From Macrostomum lignano (Eukaryota): a DNA stretch of 64,000 nucleotides. Position 1 is the stretch's first letter; every line of letters starts with the position of its first letter. Position numbers and translations under genes: made by a program. The DNA lies in assembly GCA_002269645.1 (NCBI GenBank), contig NIVC01000994.1:1-64000 (forward strand), written 5' to 3'. Below, piece by piece: positions 38,040 through 50,772 of the stretch. The notes under the pieces were generated by a model. It was given only the letters and a program-made list of their open reading frames with translations, searched no databases and was not told the origin of the DNA.

Positions 38040-39663
38040 TGTAGCCTATGCATTGGCTGTAATGTAGCCTATGAATTGGCTGTAATGTAGCCTATGAATT
38101 GGCTGTAATGTAGCCTATGAATTGGCTGTAATGTAGCCTATACATTGGCTGTAATGTAGCCTATGAATCAGCTGTAATGTAGCCTATGAATTGGCTGTAA
38201 TGTAGCCTATGAATTGGCTGTAATGTAGCCTATGAATTGGCTGTAATGTAGCCTATGAATTGGCTGTAATGTAGCCTATACATTGGCTGTAATGTAGCCT
38301 ATGAATCAGCTGTAATGTAGCCTATGAATTGGCTGTAATGTAGCCTATGAATTGGCTGTAATGTAGCCTATGAATTGGCTGTAATGTAGCCTATGAATTG
38401 GCTGTAATGTAGCCTATGAATTGGCTGTAATGTAGCCTACGAATCAGCTGTAATGTAGCCTACGAATCAGCTGTAATGTAGCCTACGAATCAGCTGTAAT
38501 GTAGCCTATACATTGGCTGTAATGTAGCCTATGAATCAGCTGTAATGTAGCCTATGAATTGGCTGTAATGTAGCCAATGCATTGGCTGTAATGTAGCCTA
38601 CGAATCAGCTGTAATGTAGCCTACGAATCAGCTGTAATGTAGCCTATACATTGGCTGTAATGTAGCCTATGAATCAGCTGTAATGTAGCCTATGAATTGG
38701 CTGTAATGTAGCCAATGCATTGGCTGTAATGTAGCCTATGAATCAGCTGTAATGTAGCCTATAAATTGGCTGTAATGTAGCCTATGAATCAGCTGTAATG
38801 TAGCCTATACATTGGCTGTAATGTAGCCTATGAATCAGCTGTAATGTAGCCTATACATTGGCTGTAATGTAGCCTATGAATCAGCTGTAATGTAGCCTAT
38901 GAATTGGCTGTAATGTAGCCAATGCATTGGCTGTAATTTAGCCTATGCATTGGCTGTAATGTAGCTTATGCATTGGCTGTAATGTAGCCTATAAATTGGC
39001 TGTAATGTAGCCTATGAATCAGCTGTAATGTAACCTACGAATCAGCTGTACATGTAATGTAGCCTATAAATTGACTGTAATGTAGCCTATGAATCAGCTG
39101 TAATGTAACCTATGAATCAGCTGTAATGTAGCCTATGCATTGGCTGTAATGTAACCTACGAATCAGCTGTACATGTAATGTAGCCTATAAATTGACTGTA
39201 ATGTAGCCTATGAATCAGCTGTAATGTAACCTATGAATCAGCTGTAATGTAGCCTATGCATTGGCTGTAATGTAGCCTTTGAATCAGCTGTAATGCAACC
39301 TACGAATCAGCTGTAATGTAACCTACGAATCAGCTGTAATGTAGCCTATGCATTGGCTGTAATGTAGCCTATGCATTGGCTGTAATGTAGCCTTTGAATC
39401 AGCTGTAATGCAACCTACGAATCAGCTGTAATGTAACCTACGAATCAGCTGTAATGTAGCCTATGCATTGGCTGTAATGTAGCCTTTGAATCAGCTGTAA
39501 TGTAACCTATGAATCAGCTGTAATGTAACCTATGAATCAGCTGTAATGTAACCTATGAATCAGCTGTAATGTAACCTATGAATCAGCTGTAATGTAACCT
39601 ATGAATCAGCTGTAATGTAGCCTATGAATCAGCTGTAATGTAACCTATAAATCAGCTGTAATG
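38040..39663. repeat. 23-bp array (CTGTAATGTAGCCTATGAATTGG / ..ATCAG)n
   Basis: Direct reading. Confidence 0.96.
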
Positions 39664-41041
39664 TTTAAAAAAGTACAGCTTATGCAGTACATTGACTTTT
39701 CAGAGCCCGCAGCAACCAAACAGTCAAAGTGGGTCTCTATTCGACACAAATAGCTTTTGTTAGCGACTTCATGCTACTCTGCAGAAATCTGAATTGCCTT
39801 TCTAAAAAGCACTCGACTTTCGTAAGTGACAGCCTGCGTGATTTGAAACCGGCGACATCCTGCAGAGGTCAATAGGCCGTTCATTCTACCCATTCTTATC
39901 AGCTGCAGGCATGCAGACAGACTGATCGATAGGTTAGCTGATTGATCGATTTCAATTCCACCAATCCAGCCAAAGATCCGATCCAGGAACTTGAAAAGGT
40001 AAGAAACGGAATTGAATGAGCGAGAGGTAAAGTCAAGTGTTAAATTCGATCGCTAGTGAAATTTTTCATGCTTATAGAAGTACAACGCAGCCATCCAAAT
40101 CTTTGGAGAACGGTCAGAGAAGGGAAGAGTGCATTGGCAAGCTAAAAAGTCTGAAATTCAGATAACTAGGCTCTTTGAGGCCTGCGAGAGCCGCACTGCG
40201 GCACTAAAAAGAAATTCCACATTCCTTTTCGAGATGGCTTTTAAGAGAACCCACGACTCAAGAGGGAGAGATGAAGGCGATGAGGCGTCACTATTAGGAG
40301 TGGAAGAGCAGAAGAAGAGCACTCGAGTGGGGCTGTCTTCATCAGTCTTGCGGCTTCTTCTGCAGTCTCTCTGGGGCGGGACGGTAAGACACAGATATCC
40401 TCTGTTTTTTAAAGCAGGGAGAGATTTGCTTCTTGCTCAGATTACGTCTGCGATATCTTGCTCACCCTCACCCCACTATTCTCGTTCGACTCCCCTAGGC
40501 TTGAATACGGCTCCTTATCTAGCAGGCTCATCTGACAGATTTAAATCATCTAGCTATTGGAAACAGGAACCGAGTGTTTATCTCGTTGTTTTTCACCCGT
40601 ATTTTGAGAATCATTTTTATTGGTAGTTTTTTATTGGTAGCATCGATGCGGCACTGTAATGGATTTGGGGGCATTCCAAATTAGTTCACGAAACGTGAGC
40701 TGCGAGGCTCTTCTTTTAGTTGCTGAAGCAGCGCTGAGCATCCCGCCCACCCCCGAAAGGCTCTTGAGCCGCTGAAGCTCCTCTCCTGCAAACTCGCGCC
40801 CCAGCACTTCAAAGCCCAATTTGGTGCGATGAAGGTGAAGCACGGAGTTCTTCTTCCTTGGAGAGGCTTGCTTGAAGAGCAGACAACGGCCTGGCAGATT
40901 GATTGACCATTGATTGATGCTGCAGTCTTGCACCCTCTGGCTCACCCACACTCCATTCTCTTTAAAGTTGACGAAGCAGAATTATTAATTTCAACTTCAG
41001 CTCAACTTCTTGTCCTGATTAGTAACTATGGATTTACAACT

Positions 41042-41487
41042 TCTATTCTATTCTATTCTATTCTATTCTATTATATTCTATTCTATTCTATTCTATTCTA
41101 TTCTATTCTATTCTATTCTATTCTATTCTATTCCATTCTATTCTATTCTATTCTATTCTATTCTATTCTATTCTATTCTATTCTATTCTATTCTATTCTA
41201 TTCTATTCTATTCTATTCTATTCTATTCTATTCTATTCTATTCTATTCTATTCTATTCTATTCTATTCTATTCTATTCTATTCTATTCTATTCTATTCTA
41301 TTCTATTCTATTCTATTCTATTCTATTCTATTCTATTCTATTCTATTCTATTCTATTCTATTCTATTCTATTCTATTCTATTCTATTCTATTCTATTCTA
41401 TTCTATTCTATTCTATTCTATTCTATTCTATTCTATTCTATTCTATTCTATTCTATTCTATTCTATTCTATTCTATTCTATTCTTTA
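41042..41487. repeat. (TTCTA)n microsatellite
   Basis: Direct reading. Confidence 0.97.
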
Positions 41488-41716
41488 TGAGCCTTTCTTC
41501 CATTAAATTTCAATGCTTTTTAGATATTCACTTTACGGAGAAAGAAAAAACTCTAACTTTAATACTACTTTTAGTAGAGGGCACAAAAAATCATTTGGAA
41601 ATTTTTCCTCAAATAAAATATATCCGTCGGAGGGAATACTGATGGGGAATAGGGGATGAGAAACTGTCGGGGTAGGCCTCAGATAATTTTGGCAAACTTT
41701 CACTTCATATCTTGGG

Positions 41717-42302
<586 letters not shown>

Positions 42303-43145
42303 TTCGAATACTTACTTACTTGGTAATTAAGTATAACCAAGAAACGTTTCTGTGTAAATCAAATTGCATAAAGAGTTCGCCAAGGCATAATATGATTCGG
42401 AAACGTCACTCAAGAATTCTACTGCCAATTTTTGAATATCGCATTATCCGGATGTCCAAACTACCCAAGCAGGGGCCCGCATACGCATAGCATGCAATAT
42501 GAACACTCGATAGTTCCGTTTATGCAGTCTACACAGCAAATGTCTATGGCTCACATTGGGACCCTGCAATTATAGCTCTAGAGTCTCACGCTGGGCTCAG
42601 GCGCGCCATCCTGTTATGCGCGCCCCTATTTTAATAATAATAAGAGATCTGCGTCACGCAAAGTCTCATAGCGATTTGAGAACGGGGGGGCGCTCAGGCA
42701 CCAGCTGCTCTGCATTCAGTCTATTGAAATCTATATTTCAGCCAACGCTGAGCTTTCGTGTAGCTCAGAAATTTGATTATTGCTGTCCAAGCCGCTGGCT
42801 CGGGAATTGCTGTTTCTTCGAAACAGAAATTTCTATTATGAAACTTGCAGTGGATAAAAGCCAGGTGTTAAGACGGTTTAATCAAAGAGGCCGTCGTTTG
42901 GAGCTTCTATAGGAGAAATGCTTTTCCTTCCCGTTTATTTTTGTCGACTTTCAGTTTTTCGCCAGATTTCAGGTCACGCAAACTGGGCGACAAAATGCGG
43001 CTATTGATAAACTTCCGTGAGGTCAGGTCATTGTACTCATGATATAACAATGCGAAAGTGAAGGTTGCTTTTCAATTTCATGTTTTGAACAAATTCAAAA
43101 CCGAATATAAAATTGTTGTCTTGCTTTTAAAGTTGTTACCATAAC

Positions 43146-44157
43146 TGCACCCAGTTATGCTACTGCACCTGTGCAGACCTGATCCCAGTTATGCTACTGC
43201 ACCTGTGCAGACCTGATCCCAGTTATGCTACTGCACCTGTGCAGACCTGATCCCAGTTATGCTACTGCACCTGTGCAGACCTGATCCCAGTTATGCTACT
43301 GCACCTGTGCAGACCTGATCCCAGTTATGCTACTGCACCTGTGCAGACCTGATCCCAGTTATGCTACTGCACCTGTGCAGACCTGATCCCAGTTATGCTA
43401 CTGCACCTGTGCAGACCTGATCCCAGTTATGCTACTGCACCTGTGCAGACCTGATCCCAGTTATGCTATTGCACCTGTGCAGACCTGATCCCAGTTATGC
43501 TATTGCACCTGTGCAGACCTGATCCCAGTTATGCTACTGCACCTGTGCAGACCTGATCCCAGTTATGCTATTGCACCTGTGCAGACCTGATCCCAGTTAT
43601 GCTATTGCATCTGTGCAGACCTGATCCCAGTTATGCTATTGCACCTGTGCAGACCTGATCCCAGTTATGCTATTGCATCTGTGCAGACCTGATCCCAGTT
43701 ATGCTATTGCACCTGTGCAGACCTGATCCCAGTTATGCTATTGCACCTGTGCAGACCTGATCCCAGTTATGCTACTGCACCTGTGCAGACCTGATCCCAG
43801 TTATGCTATTGCACCTGTGCAGACCTGATCCCAGTTATGCTATTGCACCTGTGCAGACCTGATCCCAGTTATGCTATTGCACCTGTGCAGACCTGATCCC
43901 AGTTATGCTATTGCACCTGTGCAGACCTGATCCCAGTTATGCTATTGCACCTGTGCAGACCTGATCCCAGTTATGCTATTGCACCTGTGCAGACCTGATC
44001 CCAGTTATGCTATTGCACCTGTGCAGACCTGATCCCAGTTATGCTATTGCACCTGTGCAGACCTGATCCCAGTTATGCTACTGCACCTGTGCCGACCTGA
44101 TCCCAGTTATGCTACTGCACCTGTGCCGACCTGATCCCAGTTATGCTATTGCACCTG
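43146..44157. repeat. 34-bp array (CCCAGTTATGCTAYTGCACCTGTGCAGACCTGAT)n
   Basis: About 30 head-to-tail units without spacers. Confidence 0.97.
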
Positions 44158-44847
44158 TTTTTGTTGTTGTTGTTGTTGTCAACCGGGGATCCTCCTATTG
44201 CACCTGTGCAGAGGATAATAGCATAACAGCAGCACGGGTTTTGGGCAGCTAAGCTTAATCAAGCTTCATCTGCAGATTTTCTCAGCAACGCGCAGAGGCT
44301 CCTCCTCAAAGCAACAGTTTCTCCCGTCTTTCTTCAAGCCTGCCCTGCCCGCCTCCCGTCCTTCCATAACTGATCGGTTGCTTCTGCCCCAATCTTTTCC
44401 GCAGCAATTAAGTTCTCCAATTGCGACACCCGTAGAACCGCGCAACCCGCTGGGCCGGCGGCCCAGACCCGCTGCGAATCGGAGAAGCCCCGGCAAAGCC
44501 TTTTTCCCTGCTTATTTTTCCCTCCATCGCGTCGCTAATCGAATGACTCACACAAGCCTTTTTCGTCGAGAGATCTTTCGCGAATTTTAGACCGGGCTGG
44601 CTCAGTAATTGCCCTCACACCTGCTTTATACCTATCTTCACCTGCTTTCATTTAGCACCTGCAGTCGGGCATCAGGTGGTTTTGAAACGAAGACCGTTGC
44701 AGAAGATGCCGTTTATTCTGCCAAACTTCCAGGATGGGACAGGGACTGTCAGCCAAAGACTGTCCAGACCAAATTGGGAATTATAACTGCTGTCAATATT
44801 GTGTTTTTCGCCTTTTCCGAAGCACTCGGCAGTCATCTCTTTGACGT

Positions 44848-45131
44848 TGTTTGGGAGGTAGATTAGTAGCATTGATTTTCTTTCCAATTCCACTGCGTGA
44901 TTTAATGTACGTGTTTATTATTCAATTTTCTATGTACGCTGATTTAGCCCAGGCCCATCTCACCCACCCCCCTCCACGCTGGCTGATTCTGACTGACTGC
45001 AATAAATATATCATCGAGAGGGCTTATTAGCCCTGTGTACGGTTTACGCTTTTCGTTTTGTTAGCGTCTCGCTTGAGCCTCAGCTCCAAAACAGTTTGGC
45101 GGACCATCGGTCTTTTCATTTCTACAGTACA
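44848..45131 (+). repeat. 5' LTR
   Basis: TGTTTGGGAG...CAGTACA, with AATAAA at 45001. Confidence 0.95.
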
Positions 45132-45134
45132 TTT

Positions 45135-45152
45135 TGGTAGCAGAGCGTGGTT
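45135..45152 (+). other. Primer-binding site complementary to the tRNA-iMet 3' end
   Basis: TGGTAGCAGAGCGTGGTT. TGGTAGCAGAG is the reverse complement of the conserved initiator-Met tRNA end CTCTGCTACCA. Confidence 0.85.
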
Positions 45153-45199
45153 GGACAAGCCTAAATTACCACTGACGTGGCAAGCAATAGAATCCTACT

Positions 45200-48100
45200 G
45201 TGAAACGAAGGACCAAGATGGACAGTGACGACGCCAATGAACAACAGCAGGAAGCCCAAGACGATGCCGGCGCGCTGCGTTTAGAGAAGCTGCGCTTCGA
45301 GAAATCCCGAAAAAAAGCAGCGTTCACTCGTTGCAAAAACAAGCTTTCTTGGCTGCTAAAGACGCGCGCCTCTGATGACGAAGTGCAAGCTGCCTGCGAC
45401 GCTCTATCCGACCTGCAGGACCTGGTCAGCGCCATCCAAGAAGAACTGCATCAAGGCTACGCCGACGCCAAGGACAACGAGAGGCGACAGCGCCTACTAG
45501 AAGAGATGGAGGAGACTGAGCGCGACTACCAAGCTGCCATTCAGCGCGTCGAAAGTTCCAGAAACCGGGGATTGCAGCGCGCCCAAGAAGCCCCTCCTGC
45601 CGCGAGTTCAAGCGGTGAGAACGCTGCGGGTGACCAAGAAGAAGCAGCTGGTGAGTTAGACAAACTTTCTGGCAGTGCTGCGTCCAGCAAAGGATCCAAC
45701 CCGAAGGAGCTTTCAAAGGATTTGTGGAAGATGCTGAAGCGTGTTGAAATCCCAACGTTTAGTGGAGAAAAGCAGAAGTATGAAAACTGGAAGGCAGCCT
45801 TTGTTGCGTGCATCGACAGCGCCCCTGCAACACCAGAATTCAAGTTGCTGCAGCTTAGGCAGTACCTCAGCGGTGAAGCTTTGAAGGTTATAGAACATCT
45901 AGGACACTCTGCTGCGGCATATGAAGCTGCAAAAGAGAGATTAGAGAGAGAATTTGGTGGACAGCGTAGGCAACTTGCTCTGCACTTGGAAGAGCTGGAC
46001 AGCTTCCCGATCGTGCGAAATAGAAACGCCAAGGATCTGAAAAGCTTTGCTAATCTACTGGATGTGGCTGTCGTTAACCTTGAGGATGCGGGTAAAGAGG
46101 CAGAGCTTCAAGATGGGATGTTGTATGTGAGGCTGCAGAAAAAGTTGCCTGAGCAGATGGTTGCCAGCTACCGGAGGTGGATCTTTGAGCAGCGGAAGCC
46201 GGAGAGTGTTAGAAATCTGAGAATTTGGGTGCTGCAAGAAGCAGAGTTTCAGACTGAAGCGTCAGAGATTGTGCAGGGCGTTGCCACCATGCAGCAGGAG
46301 CGTCAAAAGCGAGAGCAGCGACCAAAGACTTTCGTTACTACGGACAGTGACAAGAAGGTACAGCGAAAGATTTGCATTGTTTGTCAAGGTGATCACGAGC
46401 TGTGGTCCTGCAGTGAGTTCAAGGAGCTTCCGGTGGAAAAACGCTGGGACGCGGCGCAGAGCTCGAAGTGTTGTTTCCGGTGCTTGGGCCAAGGACATCT
46501 TGGCAGCCAATGTCGGCGTGGTCGTCGGTGCGGCATCAGCAGCTGCACAAAGTTCCATCATCGCCTGCTTCATGCAGAAAAAGTGTTGGCCAAGTCTGGT
46601 GAAGCGAAGCAGACTGCATCCAAGGACGCTAAATCCGCTTCCAGTTCAGGAAAGACTGGACCGGTGACGCTTCTGTCGGCTGGTGAAACGGCAATCTCGC
46701 TACGAACGGTACCTGTAGTCCTACGGAACGGGTCCCGGAAGCTGAAGGTGAATGCCTTGCTCGACGATGCCAGTACCAGGAGCTACGTCAACATCGGGAT
46801 AGCAGAAGCGCTTGGAGTGCATGGAGCGCTCGAAAAGGTGAAAGTCGGAGTCATCAATGGCCAAACAGAGACCTTCATGACAGCCCCAGTCTGCTTTAGC
46901 TTGGAAAGTCTGGATGGTCAGACCAGCTCAATGATCGTCGCCTTCACCGCTGATCACGTGACTGGGTCCCTCAAAGGCGTCGACTGGCACGAAGAAGCGC
47001 AGCAGTGGCCTCATCTGAGAAATGTGCCGTTTCCGAAGCTGTGTGAGCCTGCAGTAGTGGACTTGCTGATTGGTGCTGATCACCCGGATCTTCACGTGTC
47101 TCTCAAAGAAATCGTCGGACAGCCGCTGGAGCCAAAGGCGCGCCTGACTCCCCTGGGTTGGACGTGCATCGGTCGCACAGAGCAGGACAATTCTGAGATG
47201 CAGAACGCCCATTTTGCTGCCACTTTCTTCAGCTGCGATTCCGAATCTGGTCAGGTGGCTAAGATCCTGCGGCAGTTTTGGGAGATCGAGAACGTCTCAG
47301 AAGGTGCCAATCGAAGTCCGCTGACCGCCGATGAGGAGAGAGCCGTCCAGCAAGCCAAGTCGTCGCTAAAGTACACGAAGGGCCGTTACCAGATCGGGAT
47401 TCCATGGAAAAAGGATCGGCTGGCTCCAGCAGGCACTTTCTCAATGGCCTTGAAGCGACTAAAGAACACCGAACAGCGGCTGATTAAGGATATGAACGTC
47501 TGCAAGCAGTATCAGGAGATCCTTGAAAAGTATGAACAGCAAGGTTATATCCGAAAAGTGTCGCAAGCTGAGACTGAAGGCCGCTGTTTCCTGCCGCACT
47601 TCCCAGTGCTGCGGCCAGACAAGGCTACGACAAAAGTGCGAATAGTCTTTGATGCATCGGCTGCCAGATTGAACGACCAGATCCGCCAGGGCCCCAAACT
47701 GCAGAGGGATTTGGTTGACGTGCTGCTTCGGTTCCGCCGACACCCGATTGCGATCGCATGCGACGTAGCGGAAATGTATCTCCAGATCGAGATGGACCCG
47801 AAGGACAGGCCGCTGCACAGTTTCCTTTGGCGGGACGCCGATCCTTCAAAGCAGCCGGATGTCTACGAGTTCAACAGAGTGGTGTTCGGCGTCACCAGCT
47901 CTCCGTTCTTGGCACAGTTCGTTACCCGCTGCCATGCTGAAAAGTCAAAAGGTGAGCTTCCAGAGGCGGCCGAGACAGTACTGCACTCTACCTATATGGA
48001 TGACAGCCTGGACTCTGCGCCCACCGAGGCAGCCGCCTGCAGGCTGTACGATCAACTCAGTGAGCTCTGGAGGCGCGCCGGCATGCACGCGCGCAAGTGG

Positions 48101-48883
48101 GTCTCGAACTCGAGAGCTGTGCTCGATAGAATCCCACCTGAAGACCGTGCAGCAGAAGTTACCTTGGACAGCAAAGAACTACCAAGCACCAAGACACTGG
48201 GTGTCACGTGGCAGAGTGAGCAGGACGAATTTACCTTTAAAGATGAAAACGAGTCGTGTCAGGTGACCACAAAAAGAGGTCTGCTGAAGAAGCTAGCGAG
48301 CGTCTTCGATCCACTTGGACTGATCTCCCCGTTTGTCGTGCAGGCGAAAATTCTGATGCAGGAGCTTTGGCAGTCAATCTGGTCAATTCTGAGGGAGACG
48401 GACGTCACCGATGAGGAGCTGCTAAGCGCGTTTGCTGGAGCAGAGGCACTTCTGAATTCAAGGCCGCTGACGTACCAGACGGCGCATCCGAGTGATGATG
48501 TGCCGCTGACGCCGAATCACTTCCTTATCGGGCAAGTCGGCGGGAAGTTTGCACCGGAGGTCGACGCTGCCATCGCCCGCAGTCCTTCAAGAAGATGGCG
48601 TCACGTCCAGCAGCTGGTGTCGCAGATCTGGCGCCGGTGGTTGCGCGAGTGGCTGCCGGGACTCGCACCGCGGAGCAAGTGGCGCCGCGAGCTGCCTGAC
48701 CTACAACCTGGAGACGTGGCGCTGCTGGTGAGCCCGGACTCGCCTCGGGGTCACTGGCCGCTGGCTCGCGTGCTGGAGGTCATGCGCGGTTCGGACGGTC
48801 ACGTGAGAGTCGCCTCAATCAGAGTCGGTGATCGCACAATGACGAGACCAATAACAAAGTTGTGTCCAATATCTGCAGGTTAG
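45200..48883 (+). CDS. BEL/Pao gag-pol polyprotein with an in-frame deletion of most of RNase H and the integrase core
   Basis: Gag (IPTFSGE..YENW), three Cys/His knuckles, protease LLDDAS, RT (KVRIVFDAS, DVAEMYLQI, VFGVTSSPF, YMDD), FDPLG..ELWQ fused directly to the integrase tail EELL..EALLNSRPL..TPNHFL..RWRHVQ..WPLARV. First ATG at 45218. Confidence 0.93.
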   Translation: MKRRTKMDSDDANEQQQEAQDDAGALRLEKLRFEKSRKKAAFTRCKNKLSWLLKTRASDDEVQAACDALSDLQDLVSAIQEELHQGYADAKDNERRQRLLEEMEETERDYQAAIQRVESSRNRGLQRAQEAPPAASSSGENAAGDQEEAAGELDKLSGSAASSKGSNPKELSKDLWKMLKRVEIPTFSGEKQKYENWKAAFVACIDSAPATPEFKLLQLRQYLSGEALKVIEHLGHSAAAYEAAKERLEREFGGQRRQLALHLEELDSFPIVRNRNAKDLKSFANLLDVAVVNLEDAGKEAELQDGMLYVRLQKKLPEQMVASYRRWIFEQRKPESVRNLRIWVLQEAEFQTEASEIVQGVATMQQERQKREQRPKTFVTTDSDKKVQRKICIVCQGDHELWSCSEFKELPVEKRWDAAQSSKCCFRCLGQGHLGSQCRRGRRCGISSCTKFHHRLLHAEKVLAKSGEAKQTASKDAKSASSSGKTGPVTLLSAGETAISLRTVPVVLRNGSRKLKVNALLDDASTRSYVNIGIAEALGVHGALEKVKVGVINGQTETFMTAPVCFSLESLDGQTSSMIVAFTADHVTGSLKGVDWHEEAQQWPHLRNVPFPKLCEPAVVDLLIGADHPDLHVSLKEIVGQPLEPKARLTPLGWTCIGRTEQDNSEMQNAHFAATFFSCDSESGQVAKILRQFWEIENVSEGANRSPLTADEERAVQQAKSSLKYTKGRYQIGIPWKKDRLAPAGTFSMALKRLKNTEQRLIKDMNVCKQYQEILEKYEQQGYIRKVSQAETEGRCFLPHFPVLRPDKATTKVRIVFDASAARLNDQIRQGPKLQRDLVDVLLRFRRHPIAIACDVAEMYLQIEMDPKDRPLHSFLWRDADPSKQPDVYEFNRVVFGVTSSPFLAQFVTRCHAEKSKGELPEAAETVLHSTYMDDSLDSAPTEAAACRLYDQLSELWRRAGMHARKWVSNSRAVLDRIPPEDRAAEVTLDSKELPSTKTLGVTWQSEQDEFTFKDENESCQVTTKRGLLKKLASVFDPLGLISPFVVQAKILMQELWQSIWSILRETDVTDEELLSAFAGAEALLNSRPLTYQTAHPSDDVPLTPNHFLIGQVGGKFAPEVDAAIARSPSRRWRHVQQLVSQIWRRWLREWLPGLAPRSKWRRELPDLQPGDVALLVSPDSPRGHWPLARVLEVMRGSDGHVRVASIRVGDRTMTRPITKLCPISAG

Positions 48884-49597
48884 TTTGCGAACCTTTGCTA
48901 GAGAATTAGACTTTGTCAGGTTTCGCAATTTTTCTGATGAGTTGTTCAATTTTCCTGTTTGTTGCATTGTTCGTAAAGTCTTCTTTCCCTTTCATGCTAA
49001 TAGGAATCACCCTGTTTTTGCCGTCTTAACCCAATTTTCGCTTTCAGTGTTCAACGCGATTAACATTCATTATTTAGCTATTTATTTTCTTGCGTGAATT
49101 TTTGCTGAATAGCAGTCGTTACGGTTTAGTGAATTTGTCGGCAAGTTTGTCTTTTGCGTTTTTTGAGTTTTTTACGAGCGATGTTTGCATTATTTGAGCT
49201 CTACTTAATATTGCTTGATTTTCTGCGCTTAGAAGTACCATAGTTTATGCGCCAGTTCCGACCTTTTGATAGCCCAATGCTTACAATTTTTGTTTCAGTT
49301 TTTGTTTCAGTTGCGTTTGGTGGCGGAAGTCTGCGTTCGTGTTCAATTTTGAAATTTTATATGATAGCTGACGTACTTCTGCAAAATTTTCGATTGTCAT
49401 CTACGATCTGCGTACTTATCTTCACCTTTTGCTCTAATTTTCTACCATTCACAATGTCGCCATCAATGTTTCATGCAACGTTGCTTTTTTGCTTTTTGAG
49501 TTCGATTTTGTATCACGCATCGTTTTCGAATATTTTCCTATTACCGTATTCGTTTTCATTGTTTCATCCCTCGAATAGTTTTTGTCATTGTTATGCC

Positions 49598-49610
49598 AAG
49601 GTGGGGGGTA
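49598..49610 (+). other. Polypurine tract
   Basis: AAGGTGGGGGGTA immediately before the 3' LTR. Confidence 0.8.
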
Positions 49611-49894
49611 TGTTTGGGAGGTAGATTAGTAGCATTGATTTTCTTTCCAATTCCACTGCGTGATTTAATGTACGTGTTTATTATTCAATTTTCTATGTAC
49701 GCTGATTTAGCCCAGGCCCATCTCACCCACCCCCCTCCACGCTGGCTGATTCTGACTGACTGCAATAAATATATCATCGAGAGGGCTTATTAGCCCTGTG
49801 TACGGTTTACGCTTTTCGTTTTGTTAGCGTCTCGCTTGAGCCTCAGCTCCAAAACAGTTTGGCGGACCATCGGTCTTTTCATTTCTACAGTACA
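49611..49894 (+). repeat. 3' LTR
   Basis: Same sequence as the 5' LTR. Confidence 0.95.
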
Positions 49895-50610
49895 GACGTC
49901 ATGATTAACACCTCAAACAGGAGCGAGGTTTCTGTACATCCACATGGCAATGCGGGACCGAGAAAGTCTTCCGTCTGGCAGACAGCCCCTGCTCTGCTTT
50001 TCTTTGATCTTTCCTTTCTTTGAGCAAACAAGTTCGACCAGAAAAGGCCGAATTGAGAAGCCACCTCGCTTTGGCCAGTTGTGGAACTCCGCTGCCGAAA
50101 GGCGATCGTTAGACAGACCATTGTGAGCTCTCAGGCCCTCCACTATGCCGATAATCATATTTGAGCTCGGCAAGTTGCGGCTCGAGCCTGGCTCAGAAAT
50201 AATCCATTTCATCCATTCAGCGGTCACAATGCCGCTCTGTTTGCTGATTTGATTGCCGGACACGCTGGCCCTCGCATCCGCGACCGCCACTTCCTTTGCC
50301 AGCTCGCGCTAAGAGAGTTTCCGTCATCGAGTCCAGCTAGCTGGTCGAGATCTCGCCGCCTCCAAGCCAGAAATAATCCAGTTTTGCCCTGGCGACCCCG
50401 GGAGCAGAGTGTGAGGCTCCATCGATGCCATCAGCTTCCACTCGTCCGCCCCATCAGAGGCAATCGATGCTTGACGGGTGGGGTGGGTGTCGGCACGGGG
50501 TGCGGACTAGGTCGTTAAATATAATAACGCGGAGAAGAAATGAATTGGCGCCAATTTGTGAGGCTGTTTGTCTATTGAAGTGTCAACTCCGTCACGTGAC
50601 TTCCCTGAAA

Positions 50611-50772
50611 GTACGCGAGCACCGCAAGCAGTGTACAGCTAGCTAGCTGCTCCATCACTTGACTCTCCAGAATGTACGCGACCCTTGCAAGCAGTGTACA
50701 GCTAGCTAGCTGCTCCATCACTTGACTCTCCAGAATGTACGCGACCCTTGCAAGCAGTGTACAGCTAGCTAG
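50611..50772. repeat. 63-bp tandem repeat (~2.6 copies) between two GTCACGTGAC palindromes
   Basis: Units start at 50611, 50674 and 50737. Confidence 0.9.

Larger units (their letters stand above)
44848..49894 (+). mobile_element. BEL/Pao LTR retrotransposon, internally deleted, 5047 bp
   Basis: TG...CA LTRs at 44848-45131 and 49611-49894 (284 bp each, no difference seen). 5-bp TSD GACGT at 44843-44847 and 49895-49899. PBS and PPT present. Single gag-pol ORF. Confidence 0.96.

Noticed and set aside
40129-40951. 165-aa (+) and 106-aa (-) ORFs
   Set aside because: No motif or splice support that I can identify. A decayed TE or chance ORFs are both possible.
43146-44157. 34-bp repeat with an internal palindrome (TGCAC-CT-GTGCA) resembling a CRISPR direct repeat
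   Set aside because: Units are head-to-tail with no unique spacers, there are no cas genes, and the context is eukaryotic.
48884-49597. Possible env-like gene in the BEL element (hydrophobic 125-aa ORF 49247-49624)
   Set aside because: The hydrophobicity follows from T-richness. The ORF is short, runs into the LTR and shows no recognisable glycoprotein motif, so it is treated as 3' UTR.
44609-50030. Gene interrupted by the BEL insertion
   Set aside because: Rejoining the flanks at the TSD gives only a ~120-codon frame with no recognisable features.
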